NCBI GenBank assembly: GCA_014360655.1
Contig: JACIXC010000001.1
Location: 228,715 to 292,714, forward strand
DNA length: 64,000 nucleotides
Source of the DNA: Actinomycetota bacterium
Lineage (GTDB): Bacteria; Actinomycetota; Geothermincolia; Geothermincolales; RBG-13-55-18
Reading direction: 5' to 3'
Shown: positions 36,442 through 46,750 of the stretch, piece by piece
Layout of the letters: each line of letters opens with the position of its first letter
Position numbering within the stretch: position 1 is the first letter of the stretch
Notes under the pieces: model-generated
Told to the model about the DNA's origin: nothing
Database searches by the model: none
What the model saw: only the letters and a program-made list of their open reading frames with translations
Program-made: the position numbers and the translations under genes

Positions 36442-38640
36442 GTGTCTCGGCTCGAGAGGTGGGATCAGGTGAACGCTCCCGAAGCGGACCATCGTGAAGA
36501 TTTGATCTCGGCAAGGACCCGGATAACGAATCTGTTCCGCGGGGCCGGCTCCTTGCTCGTCCCTCCCCGGGCGAGACAAAAGCTCCGCCTCTGGCTGGAA
36601 AAATACAACAACTCCACGGCCCCCTACCGGCTCACCCGTGCGGACAGGCTGGCCGGGCTGGCCATCTCGCTGTTCTTCTTCCTTCTCTACCTCTATACCT
36701 GCAGCCACCACCCCAACATGGCCGGCGATTCCGCCGAGATGGTCGGCGTCTCCTATTCCCTGGGCATCGCGCATCCTCCCGGTTATCCGCTCTATACCTT
36801 GCTCGGATTCCTTTTCACCCGCCTTCCCTTCGGAAGCATAGCTTTCCGGGTCAATCTCTCCTCCGTCGTCTACCACTCCCTGACCCTCTACTTCTTCTAC
36901 GCCTGCTCCCTCAAGATCACGAGGAACCGCGCCGCCTCATCCATAGCGACGGTAGCCGTGGGCTTCACGCCGCTGTTCTGGTTCTACTCCCTGATCGCGG
37001 AGGTTTTCCCCCTGAACGACCTGCTGGTCATGCTCTTGATCTTCACGGCCATACGAACCCGCGAAAGATGGCAGGAAGGAAATCCCGCGGGTGCCATGAG
37101 GTTCGTTATTCTGCTTGCCTTCCTCTGCGGTATCAGCCTCTGTAATCATCACACGGTGGTCCTCGCCTTCCCCATGATCCTGCTCTTCATCCTGCGACCG
37201 CTGGTGGAGGTCCTGAAAAGACCGCGCTACGTGCTGCTCTGCCTGCTCGCCCTGCTCGCGGGGTTGTCGCCTTACATCTATCTCCCTTTGAGCGCATCCC
37301 GCGGTCCCTACATGAACTTCGGCGATCCCTCCAGCCTGCGCGGTTTCCTCGACGTGATAACGCGGAGGCACTACGGCACCTCGAGGCTCTGGCTGGGCCC
37401 CGAGGCCGTGAACAGGCTGGACCTCGTCCTCGACTTCGTCAAGACCCTGGGAAACCAGGTACACGTAATGGGGTTTCTGCTGGGCGCCATCGGCATGATC
37501 CATGCAGCCCGGAAAAGGCTGGGTGACTTCCTGCCCCTGCTCTTCGGCCTCATATTATCGGGCGTCGTCTTCCCCTACATGGCGAACGTGAAAATAAGCA
37601 GTATATTCCAGATCTCCACCGTGGAGAGATTCTACCTGCTCCCCACCATCATCTTCGCGTTCTTCATCGCCGAGGGGTCAGCGGGGCTCCTGGGACTGTG
37701 CGGGCAGGCCCTGCGGGGAGCGGAAATACGCGCTGATCTCAAGGCGATGTTGCTCCTGGTCCTGGTCCTGCTCCTCGCCCTCCCCTTCCTCATCCCCGCA
37801 AGAGCGACCGCCACTGACGTCAACCTCAGGGAGGATGCCCTCGGGGAGGCTTACGTCCATGACCTGATGGCCTCCGTGGAGGAAGGCTCGGTCATCTTCG
37901 TTATCGGTGATATAGCCATCCAGCTGGCGGAATACAAGCAGGTCAGCGGGGAAGCCGAGAAGAAAGCGGTATACATAGTCCAGCCGTTCCTGTTCTCTCC
38001 CTGGTACGCGGAGACCGTGGAGAAATGGTACCCCGATCTCAAGTATCCCAGGCTCGAGGAGCTGCTGTCGCAGGGTTACACGCGCTTCGGTACTTTCAGG
38101 GCCGGCATCATAGACTACATCGTGAGGAACAACCCGCAAATCCCCTCTTTTCACCTCCTTGCCAAGGTGCCCGAGCTCGAGGGCGAATACGACCTGGTGC
38201 CGTGGGGGGTCACTTATAGAATAGTACCCAAGGGCGCTGGCGAGGATGCCGCCCGATACCTGCAGCAGCAGATCGCTATCTGGAAGAATTTTCAATACCA
38301 GGGATTGGGAGTGGAATTCTATCCACCAAATCGCCGGGAATTCTATCTCTCAACGCATATCGCGTCCTTTCCGATGGCCACGGGAGAGTACCTGGAGAAA
38401 GGAGGCCTCACCGCGGAGGCGAAGAGCTTCCTGCTCCTCGCCTACGCGATGGTCCCCTCGAACGACGTGCTGCCGGTCCTTGCCGCGCTGGAGCGGGAAG
38501 CGGGGAACATGGAAGGATATTACGTCCTGTCACGCGAGGTGGTGAACGCGGAAGAGAGAAACAAGCGGGCCTATGCCCGGAAATTGCTGGCTCTCGAAGA
38601 CGCCCTGGAGGCTTTGAGCAATGCCGCGGAGAATCACTGA
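36442..38640 (+). CDS. DUF2723 (TMEM260-like) GT-C glycosyltransferase-family membrane protein with C-terminal helical/TPR-like domain
   Basis: 732 aa. N-terminal motif MAGDSAEMVGVSYSLGIAHPPGYPLYTLLGFLF is the DUF2723 signature (D/E acidic pair plus HPPGYPL). It has about 11 TM helices and a soluble C-terminal half. Confidence 0.7.
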   Translation: MSRLERWDQVNAPEADHREDLISARTRITNLFRGAGSLLVPPRARQKLRLWLEKYNNSTAPYRLTRADRLAGLAISLFFFLLYLYTCSHHPNMAGDSAEMVGVSYSLGIAHPPGYPLYTLLGFLFTRLPFGSIAFRVNLSSVVYHSLTLYFFYACSLKITRNRAASSIATVAVGFTPLFWFYSLIAEVFPLNDLLVMLLIFTAIRTRERWQEGNPAGAMRFVILLAFLCGISLCNHHTVVLAFPMILLFILRPLVEVLKRPRYVLLCLLALLAGLSPYIYLPLSASRGPYMNFGDPSSLRGFLDVITRRHYGTSRLWLGPEAVNRLDLVLDFVKTLGNQVHVMGFLLGAIGMIHAARKRLGDFLPLLFGLILSGVVFPYMANVKISSIFQISTVERFYLLPTIIFAFFIAEGSAGLLGLCGQALRGAEIRADLKAMLLLVLVLLLALPFLIPARATATDVNLREDALGEAYVHDLMASVEEGSVIFVIGDIAIQLAEYKQVSGEAEKKAVYIVQPFLFSPWYAETVEKWYPDLKYPRLEELLSQGYTRFGTFRAGIIDYIVRNNPQIPSFHLLAKVPELEGEYDLVPWGVTYRIVPKGAGEDAARYLQQQIAIWKNFQYQGLGVEFYPPNRREFYLSTHIASFPMATGEYLEKGGLTAEAKSFLLLAYAMVPSNDVLPVLAALEREAGNMEGYYVLSREVVNAEERNKRAYARKLLALEDALEALSNAAENH

Positions 38641-40942
38641 CGGAAGGAGGCTGCCGGTCGTACTGGGCATGCTCCTGGTGCTTGCCCTTTTCACCTTTCC
38701 CCTGTGGAGCACGTCCCGCATCATATACCAGGGAGATATCGTCAATTCGGACGTGACGGAATACCATTTTCCCGTGAGGTACCTGCTGTCCCGGGAGCTG
38801 AAGCAGGGCGATCTCCCCGTTTACACCTCTCTCATCGGCTGCGGGTTCCCCCTCCTGGCGGAGGGCCAGAGCGGTCTTCTCTATCCTCTCAACCTCTTTC
38901 TGTTCTACGCCTTCAGCCCCATCCTCGCCTTCAACCTCACCATCATCCTCAGCCTCCTCATGTGCCTGGCCTTCTCCTACCTGCTTTTCCGGGTCTATGA
39001 CATATCCCCCTTCTCCTCCTTCTTCTCAGCCGTCGCCTTCACCTTTTCCGGCTATGTCGTCGCCAGGCTGAAATTCACCTACATGGTGAACTGCATCTGC
39101 TGGATACCCCTGGCCGTTTACGGCGTGGAGAAGAGCTTCCGGCGGAAAAACTTCGCCCACATATTCCTGACTTCCCTCGCGCTGGCCATGCAGCTGCTCG
39201 CCGGGGGCCCTCAGTTCTTCATGATCACGCTGCTCTTAACGGGCATCGCCTTCCTCTGGCGCCTGGCCTCCCTGCTCAAGACACACGCCGGGAACGGCAA
39301 TAATATCTTCTTGAACAAAAGGCTTTTCGCCTTGCCCCTGCTCCTCTTCGTCATCTCCCTGCTCGTCGCCCTGGGCATCGCATCCCCCCAGCTCCTTCCC
39401 ATGCTTAAGGGGTATTCCGTATCGGACCGCTCCCTGAGCCGCTCCTTCGAATGGTCGACCGGCGTGCCCATGCAGCCCAGGAACCTGGTCATGTTCGTCT
39501 CGCCCTATCGCTTCGGAAACCCTGCGCGCGACACCTACGATCTGCAGCAGGACCTTTTCTGGGAGAACATCGCCTACCCCGGCCTCCTTACGCTGGTCCT
39601 CGCCCTGCTGGCCCTGCTCTTCACCGGGAAAAGGGATGGGTTCGTCTCCATGTGGGCTACGGCAGGAACGGTCGCCTTCCTGCTCTCGCTGGGCCCATAC
39701 ACGCCCCTCGCGGAATTCGTCTGGCGCTACATCCCGGGGTTCGGGTATTTCCGTTTCTGGCAGAGGTTCCTGGTGATCGTGGTCCTCGCCCTTGCGGCGC
39801 TTGCCGGAAGAGGCCTGGATATCCTCCTCTCGCGCCCACGGGGCGGCCGAACATGGCGAATGGTGATCGCTCTTCTTGCCCTTCTCGTGCTCGTCACGGA
39901 CCTCGGATTCTTTTTCCGCAACCAGGTCTCCACCATCGACGCCAGGAGGATGCTGCAGGAGAACGACGTCGCGGCTTGGCTCCGCGAGCGCCTGGACGAT
40001 ACGGGGGGCGGCCCCTACCGCATGGAGATGGTCGGCGCCGAGGAGCTGTGGGAGGAAACCATGGCGCAAGCGGGGGGCTGGCTGGGAGACAAGGACGCGT
40101 TCCTCGCATACCAGCGCTTCCTTCCGCCCAACCACAATATCCTTTTCGGTCTGCCGAGTTTCACCCAGTACGGAGATTACGGCATCTACCGTTTCAAGAT
40201 GCTTGACGGTGCCGCGTTCTACCTATACGCCAAGGGAAGTGGATGGACGGGCGAGCTCACGCGCACCGGCGTCAACATCATGGCCCTTTACGGGGTGAGG
40301 TACGTGCTGAGCCCGCTGGAATTGTCCACGGAAGGCCTGCACGAGGTGGAAAGGCGCGATTCCGGCATTGACGGAGCGACCCTGCACGTATACGAGGTGG
40401 AAGATCCCCTGCCCGCTGCGCGCATGGCGCAGGATCACCTGGTGATCGATACGGAGGAGGCCGTGGGTTACTCCATGGTCGTCGATCTTTTCTGGGACGC
40501 CGCGAAGGCGCGTGGCAGGGTGGTGCTCGAAAAAGAGCCCTCCGTGAGGTTCGGCCCGGAGCCCGCGGGAACGGCCGACATCGTGAGCAAGGATGACGGC
40601 CACGCGACGATAAACGCGAACACCCCCGGGGGAGGGATACTCATCCTTAACGACACCTACTATCCCGAGTGGCACGTCTACGTCGACGGCGAGGAACGCG
40701 AGGTCCTGCGCGTCAACCTGGCCGCCATGGGGGTGGAGCTTGAGCCGGGGGAGCACGTGGTCGAGTTCATCTACAAGCCCAGCTCCCTGCACCAGGGATT
40801 GCTCGTATGCGCGGCCACCCTGCTCCTGCTCCTGCTCCTCTTCCTCGAGAACCGCCGGAAAAGGTTCTGCGACCTGAACCCGCAAGGAGGCCTCGCGGAA
40901 GCGGTCGTTCCCGACCATGTTCGCGGAGGATGCACTCGATAG
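38621..40942 (+). CDS. YfhO-family membrane protein (GT-C, polyprenyl-phosphate-sugar dependent glycosyltransferase family)
   Basis: 773 aa. Multi-TM N-terminal domain, a large extracytoplasmic domain, and the characteristic C-terminal block ILILNDTYYPEWHVYVDGEEREVLRVNLAAMGVELEPGEHVVEFIYKP followed by a final TM helix. The start overlaps the upstream gene by 20 nt. Confidence 0.75.
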   Translation: MPRRITDGRRLPVVLGMLLVLALFTFPLWSTSRIIYQGDIVNSDVTEYHFPVRYLLSRELKQGDLPVYTSLIGCGFPLLAEGQSGLLYPLNLFLFYAFSPILAFNLTIILSLLMCLAFSYLLFRVYDISPFSSFFSAVAFTFSGYVVARLKFTYMVNCICWIPLAVYGVEKSFRRKNFAHIFLTSLALAMQLLAGGPQFFMITLLLTGIAFLWRLASLLKTHAGNGNNIFLNKRLFALPLLLFVISLLVALGIASPQLLPMLKGYSVSDRSLSRSFEWSTGVPMQPRNLVMFVSPYRFGNPARDTYDLQQDLFWENIAYPGLLTLVLALLALLFTGKRDGFVSMWATAGTVAFLLSLGPYTPLAEFVWRYIPGFGYFRFWQRFLVIVVLALAALAGRGLDILLSRPRGGRTWRMVIALLALLVLVTDLGFFFRNQVSTIDARRMLQENDVAAWLRERLDDTGGGPYRMEMVGAEELWEETMAQAGGWLGDKDAFLAYQRFLPPNHNILFGLPSFTQYGDYGIYRFKMLDGAAFYLYAKGSGWTGELTRTGVNIMALYGVRYVLSPLELSTEGLHEVERRDSGIDGATLHVYEVEDPLPAARMAQDHLVIDTEEAVGYSMVVDLFWDAAKARGRVVLEKEPSVRFGPEPAGTADIVSKDDGHATINANTPGGGILILNDTYYPEWHVYVDGEEREVLRVNLAAMGVELEPGEHVVEFIYKPSSLHQGLLVCAATLLLLLLLFLENRRKRFCDLNPQGGLAEAVVPDHVRGGCTR

Positions 40943-41016
40943 GAGGACGTCGACATCCCTCCCAGGACATGGAAAATGGGGGCTCCGGCCCCCATTTTCC
41001 GCGCACAGCCGTTCTC

Positions 41017-41352
41017 CTACTGCGGCAACCCGTGTTCGCTGCAGCTCGCGAACGGCGGTTGCGACGTGGAGAAAGAATAGCTGATCGTCCCGGTATCGGG
41101 GCAATGAGTGATCGAGGCCAGGTTCTCGATAAATGGAGCAAGGTCACCAAGTGCCGTGGGATAGGTCCCGTTATGGCTGGCCGCATAGACGTTGGACTGC
41201 GTCTTGATGGTCTTCATGTTGGCCTTGCAGGTCTTCTCCTGCGCGTTGCCCCTGGCCGCCAGGAATACCGGCACCGCAATACCTACCAAGATGCCGATGA
41301 TTAAGATAACGATCATCAACTCGATGAGGGTGAAACCTCCTTCCCTGTGCAT
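41017..41352 (-). CDS. Type IV pilin/pseudopilin-like protein (prepilin-type N-terminal cleavage/methylation domain)
   Basis: MHREGG|FTLIELMIVILIIGILVGIA is a class III signal peptide with the G-F-T-L-I-E motif. A perfect SD (AAAGGAGGTG) lies 6 nt upstream. About 111 aa, with 4 Cys in the C-terminal region. Confidence 0.8.
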   Translation of the reverse strand: MHREGGFTLIELMIVILIIGILVGIAVPVFLAARGNAQEKTCKANMKTIKTQSNVYAASHNGTYPTALGDLAPFIENLASITHCPDTGTISYSFSTSQPPFASCSEHGLPQ

Positions 41353-41496
41353 TCTCTCACCTCCTTTCCGCATGGTCTGACATCAAGCCGGTTGAAATGA
41401 TTTCTCTGGCGCCACCCACCTCCTTCCTCGCATCTCGCCATTTGCTTCTAATAGATTCTCGGCAAATGGCGACCGCAACTTTATATTTTATCCTTT

Positions 41497-42255
41497 TCAA
41501 CTCGCGTTTGCGCATCGATCGGGCCTCCTCCGCGCCACGGCGACCAGCGAGAGACCCCACGGCAAAGGCATACGTCCCAGCAGAAAACGTTCGGCGGCGA
41601 ACGCCTCTTCCATGATCCCATTCAATATCCTGGGCAGGGGCCTGATGTCCGGACCGGGCTCCCCGCCGCTCACCCTGCTCCACAGGCGCTGCGCCACGGC
41701 CACCGGAAAGAAGAGGGCGTTGTAATATGAGGTGAACACCTCGGCCAGCCCGGCGCCGGCTACCAGCTGCTTCACTTCCCCTTTCCGGTATCTCCTCAGG
41801 TGATGGTGGTAGGCGTCCCGGGGGGCGTAAAGCCAGGGGTGCGCCGGCACGGTGATGATCATCACCCCACCTCCATCAAGGACACCGGCCGCCGCCCTCA
41901 CCGTCTCCCGGTCGTCCCCGACGTGCTCGAGCAGGTCGAGAAGGAGCACGCAGTCGAACTTCCCCTCCAGCGAACGCAGCACTTCCGGCACCTCCCCCTT
42001 CACCAGCGCCGCCTTCGTGCGGGTGGCGGCGAAGGCAAGCGCCTCCTCGGACGCATCCACGCCCACCGCCCCCCCGCGCCCTTCCAGCGCCTGCAGCATG
42101 GAGCCGGTGCCGCAACCTACGTCCAAGAAGCGCGGGGTATGCGCGGGTTTCACGTATCTATCCACGAGCGAGAGGACGATGCGCCGCCTGGCGGCAAACC
42201 ACCAGTAGTCGTTCTCGCGCTCATACATCTCCCTGTACAGGGCTTTCTCCATCAC
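41497..42255 (-). CDS. Class I SAM-dependent methyltransferase
   Basis: Motif I LDVGCGTGSM and motif II/post-I DCVLLLDLLEHV. The alternative start at Met-10 (42228) would abut the upstream GtrB stop rather than overlap it. Confidence 0.8.
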   Translation of the reverse strand: MMEKALYREMYERENDYWWFAARRRIVLSLVDRYVKPAHTPRFLDVGCGTGSMLQALEGRGGAVGVDASEEALAFAATRTKAALVKGEVPEVLRSLEGKFDCVLLLDLLEHVGDDRETVRAAAGVLDGGGVMIITVPAHPWLYAPRDAYHHHLRRYRKGEVKQLVAGAGLAEVFTSYYNALFFPVAVAQRLWSRVSGGEPGPDIRPLPRILNGIMEEAFAAERFLLGRMPLPWGLSLVAVARRRPDRCANAS

Positions 42256-43226
42256 CCTCGCCTTCGAAACCCAGCATGGTGGAGACCAGGTATAGCGGCC
42301 TTTCCTGCACCTCCCGGTACATCCTTCCCAGGTATTCGCCCAGCACGCCGATGAAGAAGATCTCCGTGCCGTTGAGCAGGAACAGGCTGATGACCAGGAA
42401 AGCGTAGCCGGGCACCTCCAGCCCGAAGAACACCTTCTGCACGAACACCACCAGTATGGCCGCCAGGCTGACCAGAAACATGAAAAACCCCAGGAAGCTC
42501 ATGAAGCGGAGAGGCGCGGCGGAAAAAGAGGTGATGCCGTCCAGGGCAAGGCGCAGGCGCCTGAGGGTCGAGTACTTGGTCTTCCCTTCCAGGCGCGGCT
42601 CCCGCTTGTAGGGGACCTCGACGGCGTTACCGCCCAGCCAGGCTATCTCGGCGCGCACGAAGCGGTTCCTCTCCCGCAGGAGACGGAAGCGCCTCACCAC
42701 CTCCCTGTCCATGAGGCGGAAGTCGCCCGTATCAACGGGGATATCCACCTCCGTGAGGCGCTTCATGAGACGGTAGAAGATGCGTGACGAAAGCCTCTTG
42801 CCGAGAGGCTCGCCTTTCCTCTCCACGCGACGGCCGTAGACGACATCGTAGCCCTCCTCCCAGCGTGAGAGCATCTCGCCGATCACCTCGGGAGGATCCT
42901 GCAGGTCGGCGTCGATGATGACCACGGCGTCGCCGTCCGCGAAGTCCAGTCCGGCGGTGGTGGCCATCTCGTGGCCGAAGTTGCGCGTGAAGCCGATGAG
43001 GCGCACACGCTTGTCCTCCCGGTGCAGTTCCTCGACGACACGGCGCGTGCCGTCCACGCTGCCGTCGTCCACGAAGATGATCTCGTACTCCCTGACCAGG
43101 GGCTGCAGCACCGCCGTCAGCCTCTCATGGAGTGGCCTGATGTTCTTCTCCTCGTTATACACCGGCACCACGATGGAAAGGCGCGCCTCGGCGGCTTTTC
43201 TCGTCGCTGTCTTGTCAAAAGCCATC
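42221..43226 (-). CDS. Polyprenyl-phosphate glycosyltransferase, GT2 family (GtrB/CsbB/Ppm1-like)
   Basis: 335 aa from MAFDKTA. Shows LSIVVPVYNEE, DDGSVDGT, IDADLQDPPE (the DxD-type catalytic region of GtrB/DPM1) and two C-terminal TM helices. The upstream part of the 462-aa ORF is non-coding-looking. Confidence 0.85.
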
Positions 43227-43663
43227 GGTCCTCCCGCGATCACCCGCCGTGCGACCCGGCGCGAGCCCGGCTTGATACCCGCATACCGATATATTTCGCC
43301 TCCGCGCGCCCCAATTATGGTAACCGCAACCATTGACCACGGGCAACGCGCCGCCTTGCGCCTCTCCGGCGGCCAGTCCGCATGTCGACCGCATGCCGCC
43401 GCACAGGGGTCCATGCCGGCCTCGCCCTCACGAAACTGCAGCCCGGCAACGTTCCAGATAAGATATCGGCCTGCCGGCGCCTGCGAGTTTATAATGGGAT
43501 GTGCGTTTTCCCGCTCGTGAGATGTTCCTACAGGCGGGAAACGTTTACGACCACGGGGTCGCGCACGTGCCGGGCGATGGTCGCACGGGCAGGGCGTTCC
43601 GCCCGGCATCGACGGGGCAGGCTCGAGAAAGCCGCCGGAGCGGAAGGAACCGGGGGTGCGCGG

Positions 43664-44737
43664 ATGAAGGTACTGGCCGTGGATATCGGGGTGGGAACCC
43701 AGGACATACTCCTCTACGACTCGCGGCGGGAGCTGGAGAACTGCTCGCGCCTCATCCTCCCCAGCCCCACCCGCATCCTCGCCTCACGGGTGGAGCGGGC
43801 CGCGGCGAAAACGGGGGAGCTCTTCCTGCGCGGATGCACCGTGGGAGGGGGGCCTTTCTCCCGAGCCGTGAAGCGGGCGCTGGCGGCGGGGAAGAAGGTC
43901 CATATGACCCCCGAGGCCGCCTTTTCCATCCGCAACAACCTCGACGACGTGGCGTCCCTGGGCGTCTCCATCGCGGAGGCGCCCCCTCCAGGTTTCTCGG
44001 GGACGACCCTCGAACTGGACGAGCTGGACCTGGAGCCCCTGTGCGAGTTCCTGCGAGGCGCCGGTGAAGATCCCGACGACCCGGATGCCGTGGCCGCCGC
44101 GGTGCAGGACCACGGCGCCTACCGCGCGGGGGAATCCAACCGCAAGACGCGCCTGCGCCACATGATGGCGCGCATGCGGGAGGACCCGCGCCCTTCCTCC
44201 CTTTCCTACCTGGCCCACGATGTGCCGGACACCTTCCCCCGCATGCGCTCCGCCGCGCGGCGCCTGCAGGAGCAGTTCCCCTCCTCCCGCGTGCTGGTCA
44301 TGGACACCTCCCCGGCCGCCGTCGCCGGCTGCCTGGCGGACGCGCGGGTGGCTCAACACGCCGGCGGCAACCTCCTCCTGGTCAACGCCGGAAACGGCCA
44401 TACCCTGGCCTGCCTCCTCCGCGCGGGCAGGGTGGTGGGGCTGCTGGAGCACCATACCAGGAGGCTGGAGGCGGGTTCTTTCGCCGCCTACCTCGAGAGG
44501 TTCTGCGACGGCGAGGCGCGGGACGAGGATCCCTTCATGGCCGAGGGGCACGGCCTCTTCTACCTGGGCGAGGCCCCGGGCATGAAGAACCTCGACCTCA
44601 TCGCCGTCACCGGCCCCCGCAGGGGCTTCCTGGAAGGAGCGGGGCTGGGCGTCTACTACCCCGCCCCGGGAGGCGACATGATGATGACCGGGCCCCTGGG
44701 CCTCGTCGAGGCCGTGAGAAGGCGGGGGGAAGGATAG
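43664..44737 (+). CDS. DUF1786-like protein (ASKHA/PFL-activase-like fold candidate)
   Basis: 357 aa from MKVLAVDIGVGTQDILLYD, an actin-like ATPase phosphate-1 motif. The ORF extends to 43382, but a good ATG is at 43664. Confidence 0.5.
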   Translation: MKVLAVDIGVGTQDILLYDSRRELENCSRLILPSPTRILASRVERAAAKTGELFLRGCTVGGGPFSRAVKRALAAGKKVHMTPEAAFSIRNNLDDVASLGVSIAEAPPPGFSGTTLELDELDLEPLCEFLRGAGEDPDDPDAVAAAVQDHGAYRAGESNRKTRLRHMMARMREDPRPSSLSYLAHDVPDTFPRMRSAARRLQEQFPSSRVLVMDTSPAAVAGCLADARVAQHAGGNLLLVNAGNGHTLACLLRAGRVVGLLEHHTRRLEAGSFAAYLERFCDGEARDEDPFMAEGHGLFYLGEAPGMKNLDLIAVTGPRRGFLEGAGLGVYYPAPGGDMMMTGPLGLVEAVRRRGEG

Positions 44738-44975
44738 ACGGCGCCGGGGGAAATGGCCCCTTGGCCGCTAACACGCGGCGGGCGGCAGGTTTTAGGAACC
44801 GGGAAAGAGGGAGCGGGTTTTCCCGGCCGACGACGTCGGCGGCACATGGCGGCAGGGAGGTTCCCATGCCCACCTACAGCTCCGAGGGAAGGGCACCGCG
44901 CATCGCGCCCACCTCCCATGTAGACCCCTCGGCGGCGCTCATCGGCAAGGCAAGGTATACCGTGAGCAAGGGGTG

Positions 44976-45896
44976 TTACGTGGCTCCCGGCGCGGTGATG
45001 CGCGGCGACCTCCTCTCCTCCCAGCCGACGGCCAGCAAGCCCACCAGTATGAGTGCCGTGCCCGCGAGGAGGCCGGCGTTCACCTTCTCGTCCAGCAGCA
45101 GCCATCCCCAGAAGAGGGATACGGGCGCGATGAGGTAGAGGTAGAAAGCCGCCTGCGCGGTACCCAATCCCTCCAGGCCCTTGGAGTAGAGAAGGTAACC
45201 GGCTACCGTGCATCCCATGCCCAGGAAGATGAGCCATCCCCATCCGGCCGCGGACATCCTCCCCACCTCCCCCACGCAGTCACCGCAGGCCAGCGCCAGG
45301 GGCAGGAGGGCCAGGGTCCCCAGGAAGACCGCGTAGGCGGTGACGAAGAGCGGGTCATGCTCCTCAACCAGGGGCTTGAGGAGCACCGTGTAAGCGGCCC
45401 AGGAGGCGGCGGCCAGCACGACGAAAAGGATGCCCTGCGCCCGCCCGCCTCCCAGGTGCACATCGCCCCCGGAAAAGGTGATCACCGCCACCCCTCCCAG
45501 CGCGGCCACACTTCCCATAATCTTCCATATTCCCAGACGCTCGTAGAGCACCGCTCGCGCGAAGACGGCCGCGAAGATGGGGGTCGTGTTGGCGACGAGC
45601 CCGGCGGTCCCGGCGGGGATCATGGTCTCTCCGTAGGTAAGGGCGAGGTGGTACCCGTAGACCGCGCTCAAGCCGGCCAGGAAGACGAGGGTCCACTCGC
45701 CCGCGCTCAGGCGCGGCCGACGACGCCGGTAAAGGACGAGGATGGGGACGAAGAGCAGGCTGGCCAGCACGAAACGGGCCAGGTTCAGGGTTAGGTAGGA
45801 GACCTCCTCCACCAGCACCTTGACGCCGATGAACGCCAGACCCCATATCCAGCACACGGCGAGGAGGAGGAGGTGGTACCTCCACCCGGACTTCAC
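44976..45896 (-). CDS. DMT-superfamily (EamA-like) transporter
   Basis: 306 aa with 10 TM helices in two EamA repeats. Confidence 0.8.
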   Translation of the reverse strand: MKSGWRYHLLLLAVCWIWGLAFIGVKVLVEEVSYLTLNLARFVLASLLFVPILVLYRRRRPRLSAGEWTLVFLAGLSAVYGYHLALTYGETMIPAGTAGLVANTTPIFAAVFARAVLYERLGIWKIMGSVAALGGVAVITFSGGDVHLGGGRAQGILFVVLAAASWAAYTVLLKPLVEEHDPLFVTAYAVFLGTLALLPLALACGDCVGEVGRMSAAGWGWLIFLGMGCTVAGYLLYSKGLEGLGTAQAAFYLYLIAPVSLFWGWLLLDEKVNAGLLAGTALILVGLLAVGWEERRSPRITAPGAT

Positions 45897-45982
45897 GGGG
45901 GTTCACTCCCCCACGCCCGGAGTGCCGCTACCCCCGACATTCCATAACCTCCCCCGGGGAAGCGGGGCGTGGGCCTTTCCCC

Positions 45983-46387
45983 CTACCCACCGGCGGGGCT
46001 TCGGCGCTCCGCCAGCGCGTATCCCAGCTTGAGCCACAGGGGATAGGTGGCGAAGATGGCCGCCGCCAGGGCATGGCCGCGGGGCGAGACGTTCTCGTGG
46101 TCGAACCTGAAGACGCCGGAGTTGATCATCCAGTCCCGCCCGGACTCCGCCCGGCACATCTCCCAGATCCACCGTGTCCACTCCCGGTTGAAGTAGAGGC
46201 TGATGCTGGTGACGTAGAAGGCGCCGAGGGTGGCGATGTCCAGGCATTTCCTCGCTTTTTCCCTCTTCTCCTCGTCCTTCACCAGCCTGCCGGTGAGCCT
46301 GGCGTAGAGCCAGCCGATGGACACCAGCCAGGGAGGGTCGATGAGAAAGCTGTCGTAGGGGATCATGGGGCCTCCTTTCCTCCGCAT
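45983..46387 (-). CDS. Hypothetical small membrane protein (possibly DUF2784-like)
   Basis: 134 aa with 3-4 hydrophobic segments. No confident family assignment. Confidence 0.35.
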   Translation of the reverse strand: MRRKGGPMIPYDSFLIDPPWLVSIGWLYARLTGRLVKDEEKREKARKCLDIATLGAFYVTSISLYFNREWTRWIWEMCRAESGRDWMINSGVFRFDHENVSPRGHALAAAIFATYPLWLKLGYALAERRSPAGG

Positions 46388-46750
46388 GCCACAAGACGAT
46401 TATATACGAGATGTACGAGCGGCGCCGTCTTCCCCTTCACAACGGGGCCGTGGCCGCTCCCGCTACACCCCCTCCAGCCGCACCATGCCCCTCTCCCGCT
46501 CCGTGCCTCCGGCACGGGACGAGTACCCGAGAGGCGGGAACCGCCCCCTTGCGGGTCCTCGCCCGCCCGGCACCGGCGCTCATGGAATTTCCCCGCGGAG
46601 TCGAGCAATAATATTGCGGTGACACCAATTGCGGTGACACCATGCGATGGCATCATCGCATGTCCACGGGACGGAAGCCGAGGGGACGCACGGCCCCGTG
46701 ACGGGCGAAGAGGGCGGGGCGGGCTCCGCGGGTGAGGTAGAGGTGACGGG

